NCBI GenBank assembly: GCA_965200535.1
Contig: CBDAUF010000001.1
Location: 1,162,102-1,226,101 of the forward strand
Length of the DNA stretch: 64,000 nt
From: Alphaproteobacteria bacterium
GTDB taxonomy: Bacteria > Pseudomonadota > Alphaproteobacteria > MPNO01
Direction: 5' to 3'
The stretch's first letter is position 1, and each line of letters starts with the position of its first letter. The position numbers and the translations under genes were made by a program. Below, one piece after another: positions 1 through 10,452 of this stretch. The notes beneath the pieces are model-generated. The model was not told the origin of the DNA. It did not search any database and was given only the letters and a program-made list of their open reading frames with translations.

Positions 1-172
1 GATCGACGTCCACCGTCTCGGGGATCGGCAGGATCGGCTCGTCCTCGGCCCAGGCCGGCCCGCAGAGCGCCGCCGCAGCGACCAGTGCGAGAGCGCCGGC
101 AACGGCGCGCCGAAGCGCCGAAACTGTCCGCCGGCGGCAAGGCCGGCAACGCGGAACATGCAGACTGACCAT
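1..172 (-). CDS. exported protein with N-terminal signal peptide, truncated at the window edge (ATG at 172, signal sequence ...RRAVAGALALVAAAALCGPAWA then EDEPILPIPETVDVD)
   Basis: Hand translation of the minus strand gives an ATG 15 nt downstream of the tadC stop, followed by a positively charged then hydrophobic segment ending in AWA. Possibly the next tad-locus gene. It is partial. Confidence 0.35.
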   Translation of the reverse strand, partial: MVSLHVPRCRPCRRRTVSALRRAVAGALALVAAAALCGPAWAEDEPILPIPETVDVD

Positions 173-187
173 CCGACCGATCACGAC

Positions 188-1195
188 CTAACCCCCGGTA
201 TTGCCGAGAGACTTGAGCGCATTGATCGCCGACAGGAAGGCCGGGCCGGCGACCAGCAGCATCGTCCCGGGCATCACGAGGAGCAGCATCGGCAGGGTCA
301 TCAGCACCGGCAGCCGCTCCGCCTGCGCCTGGATCCGCGCCGCCTTCTGGACCCGCGCATCCGCGGCGATGTTCCTCATCGACTGCGACAGCGGCGTACC
401 GTAGCGGTCGGCCTGGATGAGGGACATGGCGAAGTCGCGCATCCCGTCGATCTCGGTCCGCCGGTAGTATTCGCCGAGCACGGCGCGCCGGTCGGAGCCG
501 AGCCTGAGTTCCGCCTCGATCTGCCGGAACTCCCGCGCCACCCCGGGTTCGATCTGCGACAGCCCCTCGGCCACCGTCGTCATCGCGCGCTCCACGGTGA
601 GGCCGGATTCGAGGCACATCACCATCATATCGAGGGCGTCGGGCAGGGCCGACATCACCCGTTTGGTGCGCCGGGCGGCCAGCGCGCGGAGCACGTATTC
701 CGGCACCACCCCGCCGAGGACGAGACCGCCCAGCCCGCCGAGCGTGACGACGAAGAGATTCCCGCCCAGCAGCCCCGAGCCGTAGATCCCGAACACCGCG
801 CCGAGGCCGAGGGCGACCGCGCAGCCGAGCTTGCAGGAGAGGAACACCGACAGCGCCTCGGGCCGGGCGAACCCGCTCTTGCGCAGCAGCCGGGAGAGCT
901 TCTCGCGTTCCCCGGCGCCGACCGGGACCAGCATCGAGCCCGCCCGCAGCAGGGCGAGGACGAACCGCCGCACCAGGTCGCCGCCCGACCGGCGGGCGCT
1001 CCGTTGCGGGCCGCCGACCGGGACGCCTTCCTCGCGCAGCGCGCCGAGCCGCCGGTCGAGCGCCCGCGCGCGGCGCGTCTCGCGGAACAGCAGGGGCACC
1101 ATCAGCAGGACGAACAGGACGCCCGCCGCGATGCTCACGGCCGGCAGCCGGGATTCCGGCATCGGCGTCGCTCTCCTACTTCTCGACGGTTGCAC
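188..1195 (-). CDS. tadC: Flp pilus assembly inner-membrane protein TadC (T2SS-F domain)
   Basis: 335-aa ORF with polytopic membrane character. It is the last gene of the tadZ-tadA-tadB-tadC run and overlaps tadB by 20 nt. Confidence 0.75.
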   Translation of the reverse strand: MQPSRSRRATPMPESRLPAVSIAAGVLFVLLMVPLLFRETRRARALDRRLGALREEGVPVGGPQRSARRSGGDLVRRFVLALLRAGSMLVPVGAGEREKLSRLLRKSGFARPEALSVFLSCKLGCAVALGLGAVFGIYGSGLLGGNLFVVTLGGLGGLVLGGVVPEYVLRALAARRTKRVMSALPDALDMMVMCLESGLTVERAMTTVAEGLSQIEPGVAREFRQIEAELRLGSDRRAVLGEYYRRTEIDGMRDFAMSLIQADRYGTPLSQSMRNIAADARVQKAARIQAQAERLPVLMTLPMLLLVMPGTMLLVAGPAFLSAINALKSLGNTGG

Positions 1196-2131
1196 CCATG
1201 GCCCGCGCCGCCAGCAGGCCGGCGACGGCCAGCCCGACGCCCCAGTGCAGCAGGCTCGCCCCCTCCGGGGTGTTGAACAGGATATGGACCGAATGCGGCG
1301 AGATGAAGCTCTGCGCCGTCAGCACGACCGGCGGCAGGACGCTCAGCACCAGCAGCGTCAGGCGGGTCTGGCCGGTGGCGGCGTGCGCCTTCATCGCCGT
1401 GTTGCGCTGCTCGCGCAGCGCATCGGCGAGGTTGGCGAACGCGGCCGACACGCCGCCGCCGGCGCGCCGCTGCAACTGCAGGACCGCGGCGAATAGGGCG
1501 AACTCGGGGAGCCGCACGCGCTGCGAGACGGTCGCCAGCGCGGTGTCGGCGTCGAGGCCCGCGGTCAGCCCGTCGCTGACGCTCTTGAGCACCGGCTGGA
1601 CCGGCGGCCGCGCGTCCTCGGCGACCACCGCGATCGCCTCGATCGGCGGCACCCCGGCGCCGGAAAGCCGCACGATCTGGTCGATGATTTCGGGGAACTG
1701 GTTGCCGAACTCGGTCGCCAGCCGCTTCTGGCTCCACGAGAACGCGTACCATGCCGCCCCCGCGCCGGCGAGAGCGACGATCGGCCACGTCCACCAGCCG
1801 GTCGGGATCACCAGGAACCGCATCCCGATCCACGATCCCGCCGCCGCCGCGATCCCCAGCAGCAGCGCGCGCGGCAGCGTCCGCCCGACATCGAGCAGCG
1901 GGTAGCGGGCCTCGAGCATCCGCCGCAGCCGGCCGGCCCGCCGGCCGCCTTCGGTGCGGAAGATGTCGACCTCCTCTGCCGCCGCGCCCCCGTCGTCGCG
2001 GCCAGTGAGCGGCCCGGCCGCGCGCCGCAGCCGCCGCCGGAACCCGCTGTCGTCGCGCCGCAGCCGCAGGAACAGGAACAGTCCGAGCAGGGTGCTCGCG
2101 CCGCCCCCGATATAGATCAGCAGGGCCGTGC

Positions 2132-2135
<4 letters not shown>
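1176..2135 (-). CDS. tadB: Flp pilus assembly inner-membrane protein TadB (T2SS-F domain)
   Basis: The TadB-like C-terminal two-thirds of ORF 1176..2501. The likely start is TTG at 2135, overlapping the tadA stop (TTGA). The upstream part of that ORF lies in tadA and is an artefact. Confidence 0.7.
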
Positions 2136-3577
<1,442 letters not shown>

Positions 3578-3580
3578 CGA

Positions 3581-5602
3581 TCAGGCCTCCGCCCAGGCCG
3601 CCGGCAGGTCGGCCGGGGCCGGCGCCAGGATGCGTTCGGCAAGGGCGGCGGCCGGTTTGCGCAGCCGCCGGGGAAGCCGGCCCTGCGGCCAGCCGCGGCC
3701 GGCGAGATCCGGCACGGCGGCCTGGAACGGGACGACGATGCCGGGCGGCCTCTCGACCCCCGCCTCGGCCAGCAGCCCCGCGCCCGCGTTCCGCCGGAAC
3801 GCGCGCGTATGGTTCTGCACCAGCGCCACCGGCGCATTCGCGCCCGTCCCCATCGCCGCGAGGATGTGCGCCGCGCGCTGCGCGCCCGCCGTCGTCGGCT
3901 CGACCACCAGCACCCGCGCGTCCACCTCGGCGAGCAGCGCGAAGCAGGTTTCCGGATCGTCCATCCCGTCCACCAGCACCAATTGCGAGCGCCGCCGCAG
4001 CAGCGCCAGCAACCAGTCGAGCGCCGCCATCGGCGGCACCGGCGGCGGCTCCGGGCCGAGGCGGTAGGCGTAGACCGCGATCCGGTCCGACCGTTCGGTG
4101 CGCACCCCGTCGAGCACCTGCGGGTCGGAGAGGGTCGGCCCCGCCATGTCGAAGAGCTGGTCGAGGCCGGGCGCCGGGTCCACGTCGAGCTGGAGCGCCG
4201 CCGCGGCGACCGTCCGGCCGAGATCGAGCACCGAGACATAGCGCCCCTGTTCCGCCGCGCGCAGCGCGGTCGTGGCGGCGAGCGTGGTCGCCCCGCTGCC
4301 GCCGGTGCCGGCGAACCCGGCGACCCGCCCGCCGGCGTCGAAATCGTCGTCGTCGGCCGTGGCCCGCGCGACGGCCGCGCGCACCGCCGCCGCATCGATC
4401 GGCTTGACCAGATAGTCGCTGACCCCGGCGAGCAGGATTTCGCGCCCCGTGCGCGCCGTGTCGTAGGAGCCGACGGCGATCACCGCCGTGCCGACCTCGC
4501 AGACCTCCGCCAGCTCGTGCAGCGCACCGGCCGGATAGCCGACCCCGTCGATATCGACGATGACGAGCTGGGCCGACTGCCCCTCGCCGAGCGCCGCCAC
4601 CGCGGCGCGCAGTCCGCCCGGCCAGACCTGCGGATCCTCGCAGCCGGGCGCCTGCCCCTCGAAATAGAGCAGCCCCTCGCGCAGCGCATTCTCGGTCTCC
4701 CCGTCCGTCGCGAAGGCGAGCGCCGCCGGCGGCCCCGCGGGCGCCGGCTCGGCGGGCGCATCGGGCGGTGCGGCATCGGCGCCGGGTGCGGTGTCCGGCA
4801 GGGTGTCCGGGGCGATGCCGGGGATGGTCTCCGGCGCGGCAGCCGGGGCGCCGGCGGGACCGGGCGGCGGGTCGGGCGCGAAGTCCGATAGGAGATCGGC
4901 CGCGAGATCGGCCCCGAAATCGTCGGCCTCCGGCGCTTCCGGGCGGTCGGGCGCGCCGGGGGGAAAATCGTCGAGCCCGTCCAGCAGCGCGGCCGCGAAA
5001 TCGGCGCCGGGCGGCTCCGCGCCGGGGTCCGGCTCCGGCGCGGCGCGGTCTTCCGGGTCCCGCACGCCGGCGGCGGCGGGACCGTCGGTCGGTGAAATAT
5101 GTGAAAAGTCGGCCGGATCGTCCTCGAACCCGTCCAGGAGCGCGCTCGCGAAATCGGTGTCGGGCGGGCCTGCTTCCGGCGCCGGCTTCGACTCTGGCGC
5201 GGCGGGGGCGGCGAACGCCGCCGGGGCAGGCGCGGCGTCCGGAGCGGCGGCGGGCGCATCGTCCGGGGGGCGGGCGTCTTCGTCATCGGGCGGAAACTCC
5301 GCGAGGCCGTCGAGCAGCGCGCTCGCGAAATCCGCATCGAACGGATCCGTATCGGACGGGTCTGCTTCGGACGGGGCCGTTTCGTGCCGGGTCCGCCCGG
5401 TATCGTCGGGTGTCGGCGGTTGCGCAGGGTCCCCGGCGTCCGCCGGCGCACCCGCGTCCACCGGCGCATCGTCGACGGGTCTATCGGCGGCGGGCGGATC
5501 GTCGGCCAGCCCCGCCAGCAGGGCGCTTTCGAGGTCGGCATCGACCGGCGGCGGATCGTCCGCCCGTCGCGCGGCTGTGTGCGGGGAGGTGTCGTGTGCC
5601 AT
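3581..5602 (-). CDS. tadZ: TadZ/CpaE pilus-assembly protein (receiver-like plus MinD/ParA-like ATPase) with a ~300-aa acidic repeat-containing N-terminal extension
   Basis: The C-terminal ~370 aa carry a receiver-like fold and the deviant Walker A (AGTGGSGATT). The N-terminal extension is Asp/Pro/Ala-rich and holds 5 copies of a D-[FL]-[AE]-S-A-LL-DG-L-x-[DE]-F-PP motif. The true start within the extension is unknown. Confidence 0.75.
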   Translation of the reverse strand: MAHDTSPHTAARRADDPPPVDADLESALLAGLADDPPAADRPVDDAPVDAGAPADAGDPAQPPTPDDTGRTRHETAPSEADPSDTDPFDADFASALLDGLAEFPPDDEDARPPDDAPAAAPDAAPAPAAFAAPAAPESKPAPEAGPPDTDFASALLDGFEDDPADFSHISPTDGPAAAGVRDPEDRAAPEPDPGAEPPGADFAAALLDGLDDFPPGAPDRPEAPEADDFGADLAADLLSDFAPDPPPGPAGAPAAAPETIPGIAPDTLPDTAPGADAAPPDAPAEPAPAGPPAALAFATDGETENALREGLLYFEGQAPGCEDPQVWPGGLRAAVAALGEGQSAQLVIVDIDGVGYPAGALHELAEVCEVGTAVIAVGSYDTARTGREILLAGVSDYLVKPIDAAAVRAAVARATADDDDFDAGGRVAGFAGTGGSGATTLAATTALRAAEQGRYVSVLDLGRTVAAAALQLDVDPAPGLDQLFDMAGPTLSDPQVLDGVRTERSDRIAVYAYRLGPEPPPVPPMAALDWLLALLRRRSQLVLVDGMDDPETCFALLAEVDARVLVVEPTTAGAQRAAHILAAMGTGANAPVALVQNHTRAFRRNAGAGLLAEAGVERPPGIVVPFQAAVPDLAGRGWPQGRLPRRLRKPAAALAERILAPAPADLPAAWAEA

Positions 5603-5831
5603 CCGGCGCCTCGGCGGCGGGGAGCCCTAAATCGGTTCACCCATGCGTCGGTTCACGCAAAACGGGACGGGAGGGGCCCTGCCCCTCCCGCCCGGCGGGC
5701 GGCGGAGAGCGCGGAAAGGTCCCCGCGTCTCCCGCCGCCCCTGTGTTCCGCGGCTGTTTCTACCCTTCTTCGGGGGTCGGGATCGCGTCCTCGGACTCGG
5801 TCTGGATGCTGGTGCCAATAGCCTCAAGGGC

Positions 5832-5978
5832 CTACTTCATCTGACCGCTGAAAGCGGCGATCCCTGCCCCGGCGGCGGTGACGACCACACCGGCGAGGAT
5901 TGCGTATTCGAGGGCGGAGACGCCCTTGTTGCCGCGGAGGAAGGGACGGACGCGCCGCCATACATGCTCGATCTTCAT
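5832..5978 (-). CDS. flp: Flp/Fap-family pilin precursor (MKIEHVWRRVRPFLRGNKGVSALEYAILAGVVVTAAGAGIAAFSGQMK)
   Basis: 48 aa with the G/xxxEY prepilin motif (KGVSALEYAIL) followed by a hydrophobic helix. This is the C-terminal part of ORF 5832..6431. The printed sequence has a 1-nt discrepancy in this stretch. Confidence 0.8.
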   Translation of the reverse strand: MKIEHVWRRVRPFLRGNKGVSALEYAILAGVVVTAAGAGIAAFSGQMK

Positions 5979-6298
5979 CTCAGAGGTCCTTTCCTGGGTT
6001 GGAGAGAGAAGGGTGGTGAAGGAAGGGGTCGCGGCCCGCCCGGCGGGCGGACGCGGTGGATACGCACGCACGAAAAATTCGGCAGCGACGGGGAAATTGC
6101 GCGATTTTTCCGGCGGAACCGGAAATTTCGCACTGCGCGGATCGGGACAGGATCGCCATCGCCTCTTCGCACTCCCCGCCGTCGGGTTCTGAAAGCTCTC
6201 GTTGCCAACGCAACTGTTGCCGGTGCAATGGATGCGTTCGCAACTGCTTTCGCAACGCTGCGACAAGACATCGAATCCGGGAGCGATGCACTTTGGCA

Positions 6299-6589
6299 GG
6301 GTGTCGCACCCCCGCCCGGCGGCGGGTTCCGGGGGCGGAATCGCCGCCCGCGGCGGGGCGCGCGCCCGCCGCCGCGCCGGCCCGCCCGGCCGCACCGCAA
6401 CCCGCCGCCGCAACCCGCACCGTCTCATCACGCCATTGATTTACAACGGTTTTTCAGACCGCCTTCGGTGCCGCACGGGGCTTCGCGAGGGTCCGCGCGC
6501 CGGGCGCAAGCGTCCGCACTGCGTCACGGCGTCGCACCCCCCGGCCGGTGCCCCGGCGGGCGCGCTGCGTCACGGAGTCGCACCCCCGG
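6299..6589. promoter_or_regulatory. three copies of GTCGCACCCCCGG, two of them within near-identical ~25-nt direct repeats (CTGCGTCACGGCGTCGCACCCCCGG / CTGCGTCACGGAGTCGCACCCCCGG), in the 620-bp region upstream of flp
   Basis: Direct reading shows copies at about 6305-6317, 6526-6545 and 6572-6589. They lie between the TadE-like gene and flp, on the flp promoter side. Confidence 0.3.
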
Positions 6590-6600
6590 AGGGGCCGGAG

Positions 6601-7299
6601 TCAGGGGGTGGGCTGGCGGACCGGCGCCGCCGGCTGGCGGCGGAAGTCGCGGACGGGCAGGATGTGGACCCGGTAGAGATCGCCGGCGATCAGCCGGTTG
6701 GAGAGCATCCCCTCGCGCAGCGGGCGCGAGCAGACCTCGACGATGACCGCCGTCTCGCCCTCGCCCAGGCTGTCGCTCGCCTGCGGGCCGAGCAGCCGCG
6801 TCTTCCAGCCGTCGGCGGCGCCGGCGGTGCACTTGGCGGCGAGCTCGTCGGTGGCCTCCTTGGCGCCGATCCGGATCGTGTCGTCGGTCCACAGCGGCGC
6901 CGTCGGGTTGCCGCCCTGCGGCTGGTGGACGGCGGAGACGGCGATGACCGCCGCCGCCGGGGCGGCGAAGTCGTGGCGGTGCAGGAACTTGCCGAGCGCC
7001 TCCATCCCGTCGCCGTCGGGATCGGTCTCGAACGAGACGTACTCCGCCACCGCGACGGCGCTGCGCGCGCTGGCGGTGTCCACCCGGAGCAGCGAATAGA
7101 GGTCGAAGCAGACCGCCGACACCGCCAGCAGGCAGACCGCCCCGAGGGCCATCTCGAGGGTGGCGGCGGCGCGGGTCCCGCACACGAGCCGGCGCAGCGA
7201 ACGCCGCAGCCGGACGGTGCGCAGCAGGGCGGGCGGCCTGCGGAAGGGCGGAAACGGCAGCGCGGGCAGAGCGGGCATCTCAGCCGTCCGGCGTTTCAT
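6601..7299 (-). CDS. TadE/TadF/TadG-family pseudopilin-like protein
   Basis: N-terminal TadE-like segment RRLVCGTRAAATLEMALGAVCLLAVS. The start is uncertain, with ATG candidates at 7299 and 7278; the ORF extends to 7353. Confidence 0.55.
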   Translation of the reverse strand: MKRRTAEMPALPALPFPPFRRPPALLRTVRLRRSLRRLVCGTRAAATLEMALGAVCLLAVSAVCFDLYSLLRVDTASARSAVAVAEYVSFETDPDGDGMEALGKFLHRHDFAAPAAAVIAVSAVHQPQGGNPTAPLWTDDTIRIGAKEATDELAAKCTAGAADGWKTRLLGPQASDSLGEGETAVIVEVCSRPLREGMLSNRLIAGDLYRVHILPVRDFRRQPAAPVRQPTP

Positions 7300-7381
7300 G
7301 GCGCGCCACCGCGACCGCGACATTCTGCCCGGCCTCGTCCCCGCCGCCGGCAAGCTGGCCGAACTCCCACGGCTCGGGGGT

Positions 7382-7810
7382 CTAGGCGAGGCGGACCAGG
7401 ATCATCTCGCCGCCCCCGCCGGCGCCCGAGCCGGTCCCCGCGCCCGTCCCCGCCGCGTCGAGCAGGGCGGAAGGCGCGAGGCCGGTCTCCACGGTCAGCG
7501 TCCAGCGGTTGGCGCAGTCGAAGTCGTCGGCGAGGTCGAGTTCGCGGCGGATCGCGGCGCAGGCGGCCTGCGCGCCGTCCGCCGCCGCGTCCGGGGTCAG
7601 CGCCACGGCGCGCGCCGCCGCCCACGCCGCACGCCCCATCATGTCGCCGACATAGCTCGCGCGCACGATCTCCGCCAGACCGGCGAAGGCGATGACGAGA
7701 ACGGAGATGGCCAGCGCCGCCTCGAGGGTGACCGCCCCCCGCCGCGATCCGGCGAAGGGGAGAAGCGAGGCGGCCGCAGCCGCCCGGCCACGGGCGAAAA
7801 TCCGGTTCAC
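7382..7810 (-). CDS. TadE-like pseudopilin protein
   Basis: SRRGAVTLEAALAISVLVIAFAGLAEIV TadE-like N-terminus. The likely start is GTG at 7810 with GGAGG placed 5 nt upstream; the track ORF extends to 7915. Confidence 0.6.
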   Translation of the reverse strand: MNRIFARGRAAAAASLLPFAGSRRGAVTLEAALAISVLVIAFAGLAEIVRASYVGDMMGRAAWAAARAVALTPDAAADGAQAACAAIRRELDLADDFDCANRWTLTVETGLAPSALLDAAGTGAGTGSGAGGGGEMILVRLA

Positions 7811-7970
7811 GCGACCTCCGTTTGCCGCTGCGGAGTGCAGCCCGTCTACGCGCTCCGGCGGAAGCGAGTCAAGCGCGCGGCGGCCGGGAACCGGCGGTGC
7901 GGGGTTTTGTCGCACCGGCGGCAGGTCCGGCCGCTTGCCTTGGCCGCGTGTGCCGGTCGCTCGCCCGCGG

Positions 7971-9140
7971 TCACTCGCCGCGGTCGCTGCCGACCAGCGC
8001 GACCGCCCGCTGCATGGCCTTGCGGTAGGCGCGGCCCGGCCGGCCGGCGGCGCCGCCGGTGGCGCCCGCGTGCAGCGCCCGCTCGAACGGGATCACCGCA
8101 CCCGGGCGGCGGTCGGCGAGGGCGTAGCGGATATGCGCCGGCGACAGGGTGTAGCGGCGCATCCGGGTCGAGCACTGGACCAGCAGCGCCGGGGAGTCCG
8201 CCCCGAGCCGGGCCAGCAGGCGCACCGCGGTCGAGATGCTGGGCAGGGTGGGTTCGTAGACCAGCACCCTGCCGTCGGCCTGGCGCATGACCGCGAGCTG
8301 GGTCTCGGGGTCGGGCATCCCGGTCGCCAGCACGACATGGGTGCGGTTGGCCAGATACTTGAACAGCGCCGCCAGCACCGGCGCGGTGCGCGGCTTTTCC
8401 AGCCCGGCGGCCGGCGGGTGCGCGACCAGCGAGATGCCGGGGGCGGCGGGCGTCGTCAGGCCGCCGATCCGGTCGGGGTCGATCTCGAGTTCCGCATCGC
8501 CCTCGCCCTCCCCCTCGGCAATGGCGGCAGCGGCGGCGGCGGGCGTCCCCAGCAGGGCCGGCAGCCCGCCCACCGGCTCGGCCCCGAGCAGCGGCGGCAG
8601 CCGGCCCGAGACGGGGTCGAGATCGACCACCGAGGCGGTGCGGCCGTCCGCCGCGATGCCGCGCGCGACCGCGGCGACCAGGGTGGAGGTGCCGCTGCCG
8701 GGGCTGCCGGCGAAGGCGATCACCTTGCCGGCGTAGAGATGCTCGGGCGCATCGTCGGCGACCGCCGCCGCGGCCTCGCGCACCGCCGCCGCGGTCACCG
8801 GCTTGACCAGATAGTCGGCGATGCCGCACTGCATCAGCGTCCGGCCGAACTGCGCGGTGTCGGTCGAGCCGAGGGCGACCAGCGCGGTGTCGAACGCGCA
8901 GACACCGGTGAGCTGCCGGGCCGCCTCGCCGGGCTCGGCCGCGCCGTCGAGATCGACGAACACCAGCTTCGCCGGCGGCTCCGCGGCCAGCGTCCTGACC
9001 GCGGCCGCCAGGCGTCCGCGCTGTATCCGCGCATCGCGGCCGGCGAGCCCGGCGCGCAGCGCTCGCTCGGTCGCCGCGTCGGCCGCGAAGCCGCGCGCCC
9101 ACGGGCGCTTCGAGGGGCTGCGCCTGGGCGAGGTCGCCAT
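7971..9140 (-). CDS. second CpaE/TadZ-family protein (receiver-like plus MinD-like ATPase)
   Basis: Deviant Walker A (AGSPGSGTSTL), receiver-like segment KLVFVDLD...YLVKP. The ATG at 9140 (MATSPRR...) was chosen; the ORF upstream to 9572 is Arg/Gly-rich junk. Confidence 0.75.
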   Translation of the reverse strand: MATSPRRSPSKRPWARGFAADAATERALRAGLAGRDARIQRGRLAAAVRTLAAEPPAKLVFVDLDGAAEPGEAARQLTGVCAFDTALVALGSTDTAQFGRTLMQCGIADYLVKPVTAAAVREAAAAVADDAPEHLYAGKVIAFAGSPGSGTSTLVAAVARGIAADGRTASVVDLDPVSGRLPPLLGAEPVGGLPALLGTPAAAAAAIAEGEGEGDAELEIDPDRIGGLTTPAAPGISLVAHPPAAGLEKPRTAPVLAALFKYLANRTHVVLATGMPDPETQLAVMRQADGRVLVYEPTLPSISTAVRLLARLGADSPALLVQCSTRMRRYTLSPAHIRYALADRRPGAVIPFERALHAGATGGAAGRPGRAYRKAMQRAVALVGSDRGE

Positions 9141-9175
9141 CGTCGGTCGGCCCGGCCGCGCGGCGGCGGCGCGGC

Positions 9176-9532
9176 CTAGCCGTCGCCGGCGGCGCCGGCC
9201 GCGGTGGCCGACGCCTTGGGCAGGGTGCGCACCTTGTCCTCGGTCCAGCGCCGGTAGGCGTTGGCGATGCCGCCGTCGGCCGCGGTGACGGGCGGGGGGC
9301 GGCCGGCGCACACCCGGTCGGCCGCCGCGGCGCCGGCGCAGGCGAGCTTCTCCTGCTGCACCGCGCGGCCGTGCCGCACCGCGTCCAGCGCCTCCGCATG
9401 GTGGGCCCGGGCGGCGGCGCTGCCCGGCGCGAAATAGGCATCCTGCAGGGCGAGCGGCAGATAGCACCCGCCGGCCAGCGGCAGCGGCGCCAGCACCGCT
9501 AGAACGCGGAGACCGCGGCACAGAAACCGCAT
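9176..9532 (-). CDS. small lipoprotein, CpaD-like by position (signal peptide LAVLAPLPLAGGC)
   Basis: ATG at 9532, lipobox LAGGC, 118 aa. It is the first gene of the minus-strand tad run. The family assignment rests on position only. Confidence 0.4.
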   Translation of the reverse strand: MRFLCRGLRVLAVLAPLPLAGGCYLPLALQDAYFAPGSAAARAHHAEALDAVRHGRAVQQEKLACAGAAAADRVCAGRPPPVTAADGGIANAYRRWTEDKVRTLPKASATAAGAAGDG

Positions 9533-9814
9533 TTCGGGCACAGCCTCTCCCCACCGATGCAAAGGGCGGCACGCAGGATAACCGACGAGCCCGCCGCCTG
9601 CGAGAGGGGGATTTCGGGGGCGCTCTTTGCCGCCTGCGCCCCCGCGGTCCCGGTCAGGGATGGGGTGCCCAACGAATGGATCGACTGCGTGGCGCAGTCC
9701 GCGGCCGGGCACGCCTTGCGCGACGCCGACGCGGCGGACCGGACGGCGGCCGCGGCCACCGGGATGGTCGGGCGGAGGATCGGGTAGCGGGAACCGGCGG
9801 CGGGGTCGGGAGGA

Positions 9815-10138
9815 TCACCTGCCGCGGTCCGGGGCCGGAACCGCGGGCACGGCGCCGGCGGGGAGGACCAGCGCCGGGAACTTTTGCCAGATCACGTTCG
9901 GCGGCACCGGTCCCTCGGTTCCCTCCGCCGTCATGACCGGGGCCACCTCCACCTCACCCGCATCCTCGAACCGCTTGCGGATGTCGGCGACCTGTCTGGA
10001 GAGATCGGAAAACCCGGTTTCGAGAGTCCCGATGTCTGCGGCGAGAAGGGTGACACGCTCGTCGAGCATGGAGAAGGCGAAGGCGGTGACCAGGCTCGGA
10101 ACCACGGTCGGAACGAGGATGCGCGCCCATTCCTTCAT
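9815..10138 (-). CDS. small membrane-anchored coiled-coil protein (MKEWARILVPTVVPSLVTAFAFSML... then DLSRQVADIRKRFED)
   Basis: Lower-GC gene. Its ATG at 10138 overlaps the stop of the upstream 34-aa ORF (ATGA). It is related to the second half of the 80-aa protein at 10453..10695. Confidence 0.45.
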   Translation of the reverse strand: MKEWARILVPTVVPSLVTAFAFSMLDERVTLLAADIGTLETGFSDLSRQVADIRKRFEDAGEVEVAPVMTAEGTEGPVPPNVIWQKFPALVLPAGAVPAVPAPDRGR

Positions 10139-10239
10139 ATCCGTTCTCTCCACCCGACCGGTTCCACGTGCTCCTTCGCGGCCTCGTTCACGATCCCGGC
10201 GATACCGTTCTCCAGCGCCCGAACGATGGCTTCCGCCAT
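10135..10239 (-). CDS. 34-aa peptide MAEAIVRALENGIAGIVNEAAKEHVEPVGWRERI, a paralog of the N-terminus of the 10453..10695 gene
   Basis: Hand translation. About 43 nt of near-identical DNA is shared with 10633-10676. It is translationally coupled to the downstream gene. Confidence 0.35.
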   Translation of the reverse strand: MAEAIVRALENGIAGIVNEAAKEHVEPVGWRERI

Positions 10240-10452
10240 CGCGCGAAGCCTTTAGCCGGCGTAGCCGGCGTTTATCGTCCAGCCGCGACGCGGTCCTGCG
10301 AGCCGCCGCCGGCGGTTCCGGTCAGGGATCGGGTCCCCTTTGAAACGGCGCTCGAACCCGTGCCCTGCGACGGTCCCGGCGCCCTCGAGGGGTTGCCCGT
10401 TCGGGGGCCGTCGTCCGGACGGGCGGTCCTGCACGACCGGCGGACCGTGCGT

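Noticed and set aside
158-1276. Many long ORFs in the six-frame track that overlap the annotated genes on the opposite strand or another frame. Examples: 158..1276+, 2348..4891+, 3334..4395-, 4480..5640-, 6202..7695+, 7692..9179+, 7846..9441-, 19104..21155-, 20165..22759+ N-terminal part, 27413..29254-, 27565..29112+, 36711..39158-, 36872..38872+, 40803..42875-.
   Set aside because: Arg/Gly/Pro/Ala-rich low-complexity translations typical of stop-codon-poor alternative frames in ~70% GC DNA. Each overlaps a gene with clear family features.
5760-5831. Rho-independent terminator downstream of flp.
   Set aside because: No clear GC stem followed by a T-run could be found. High-GC genomes often lack canonical terminators.
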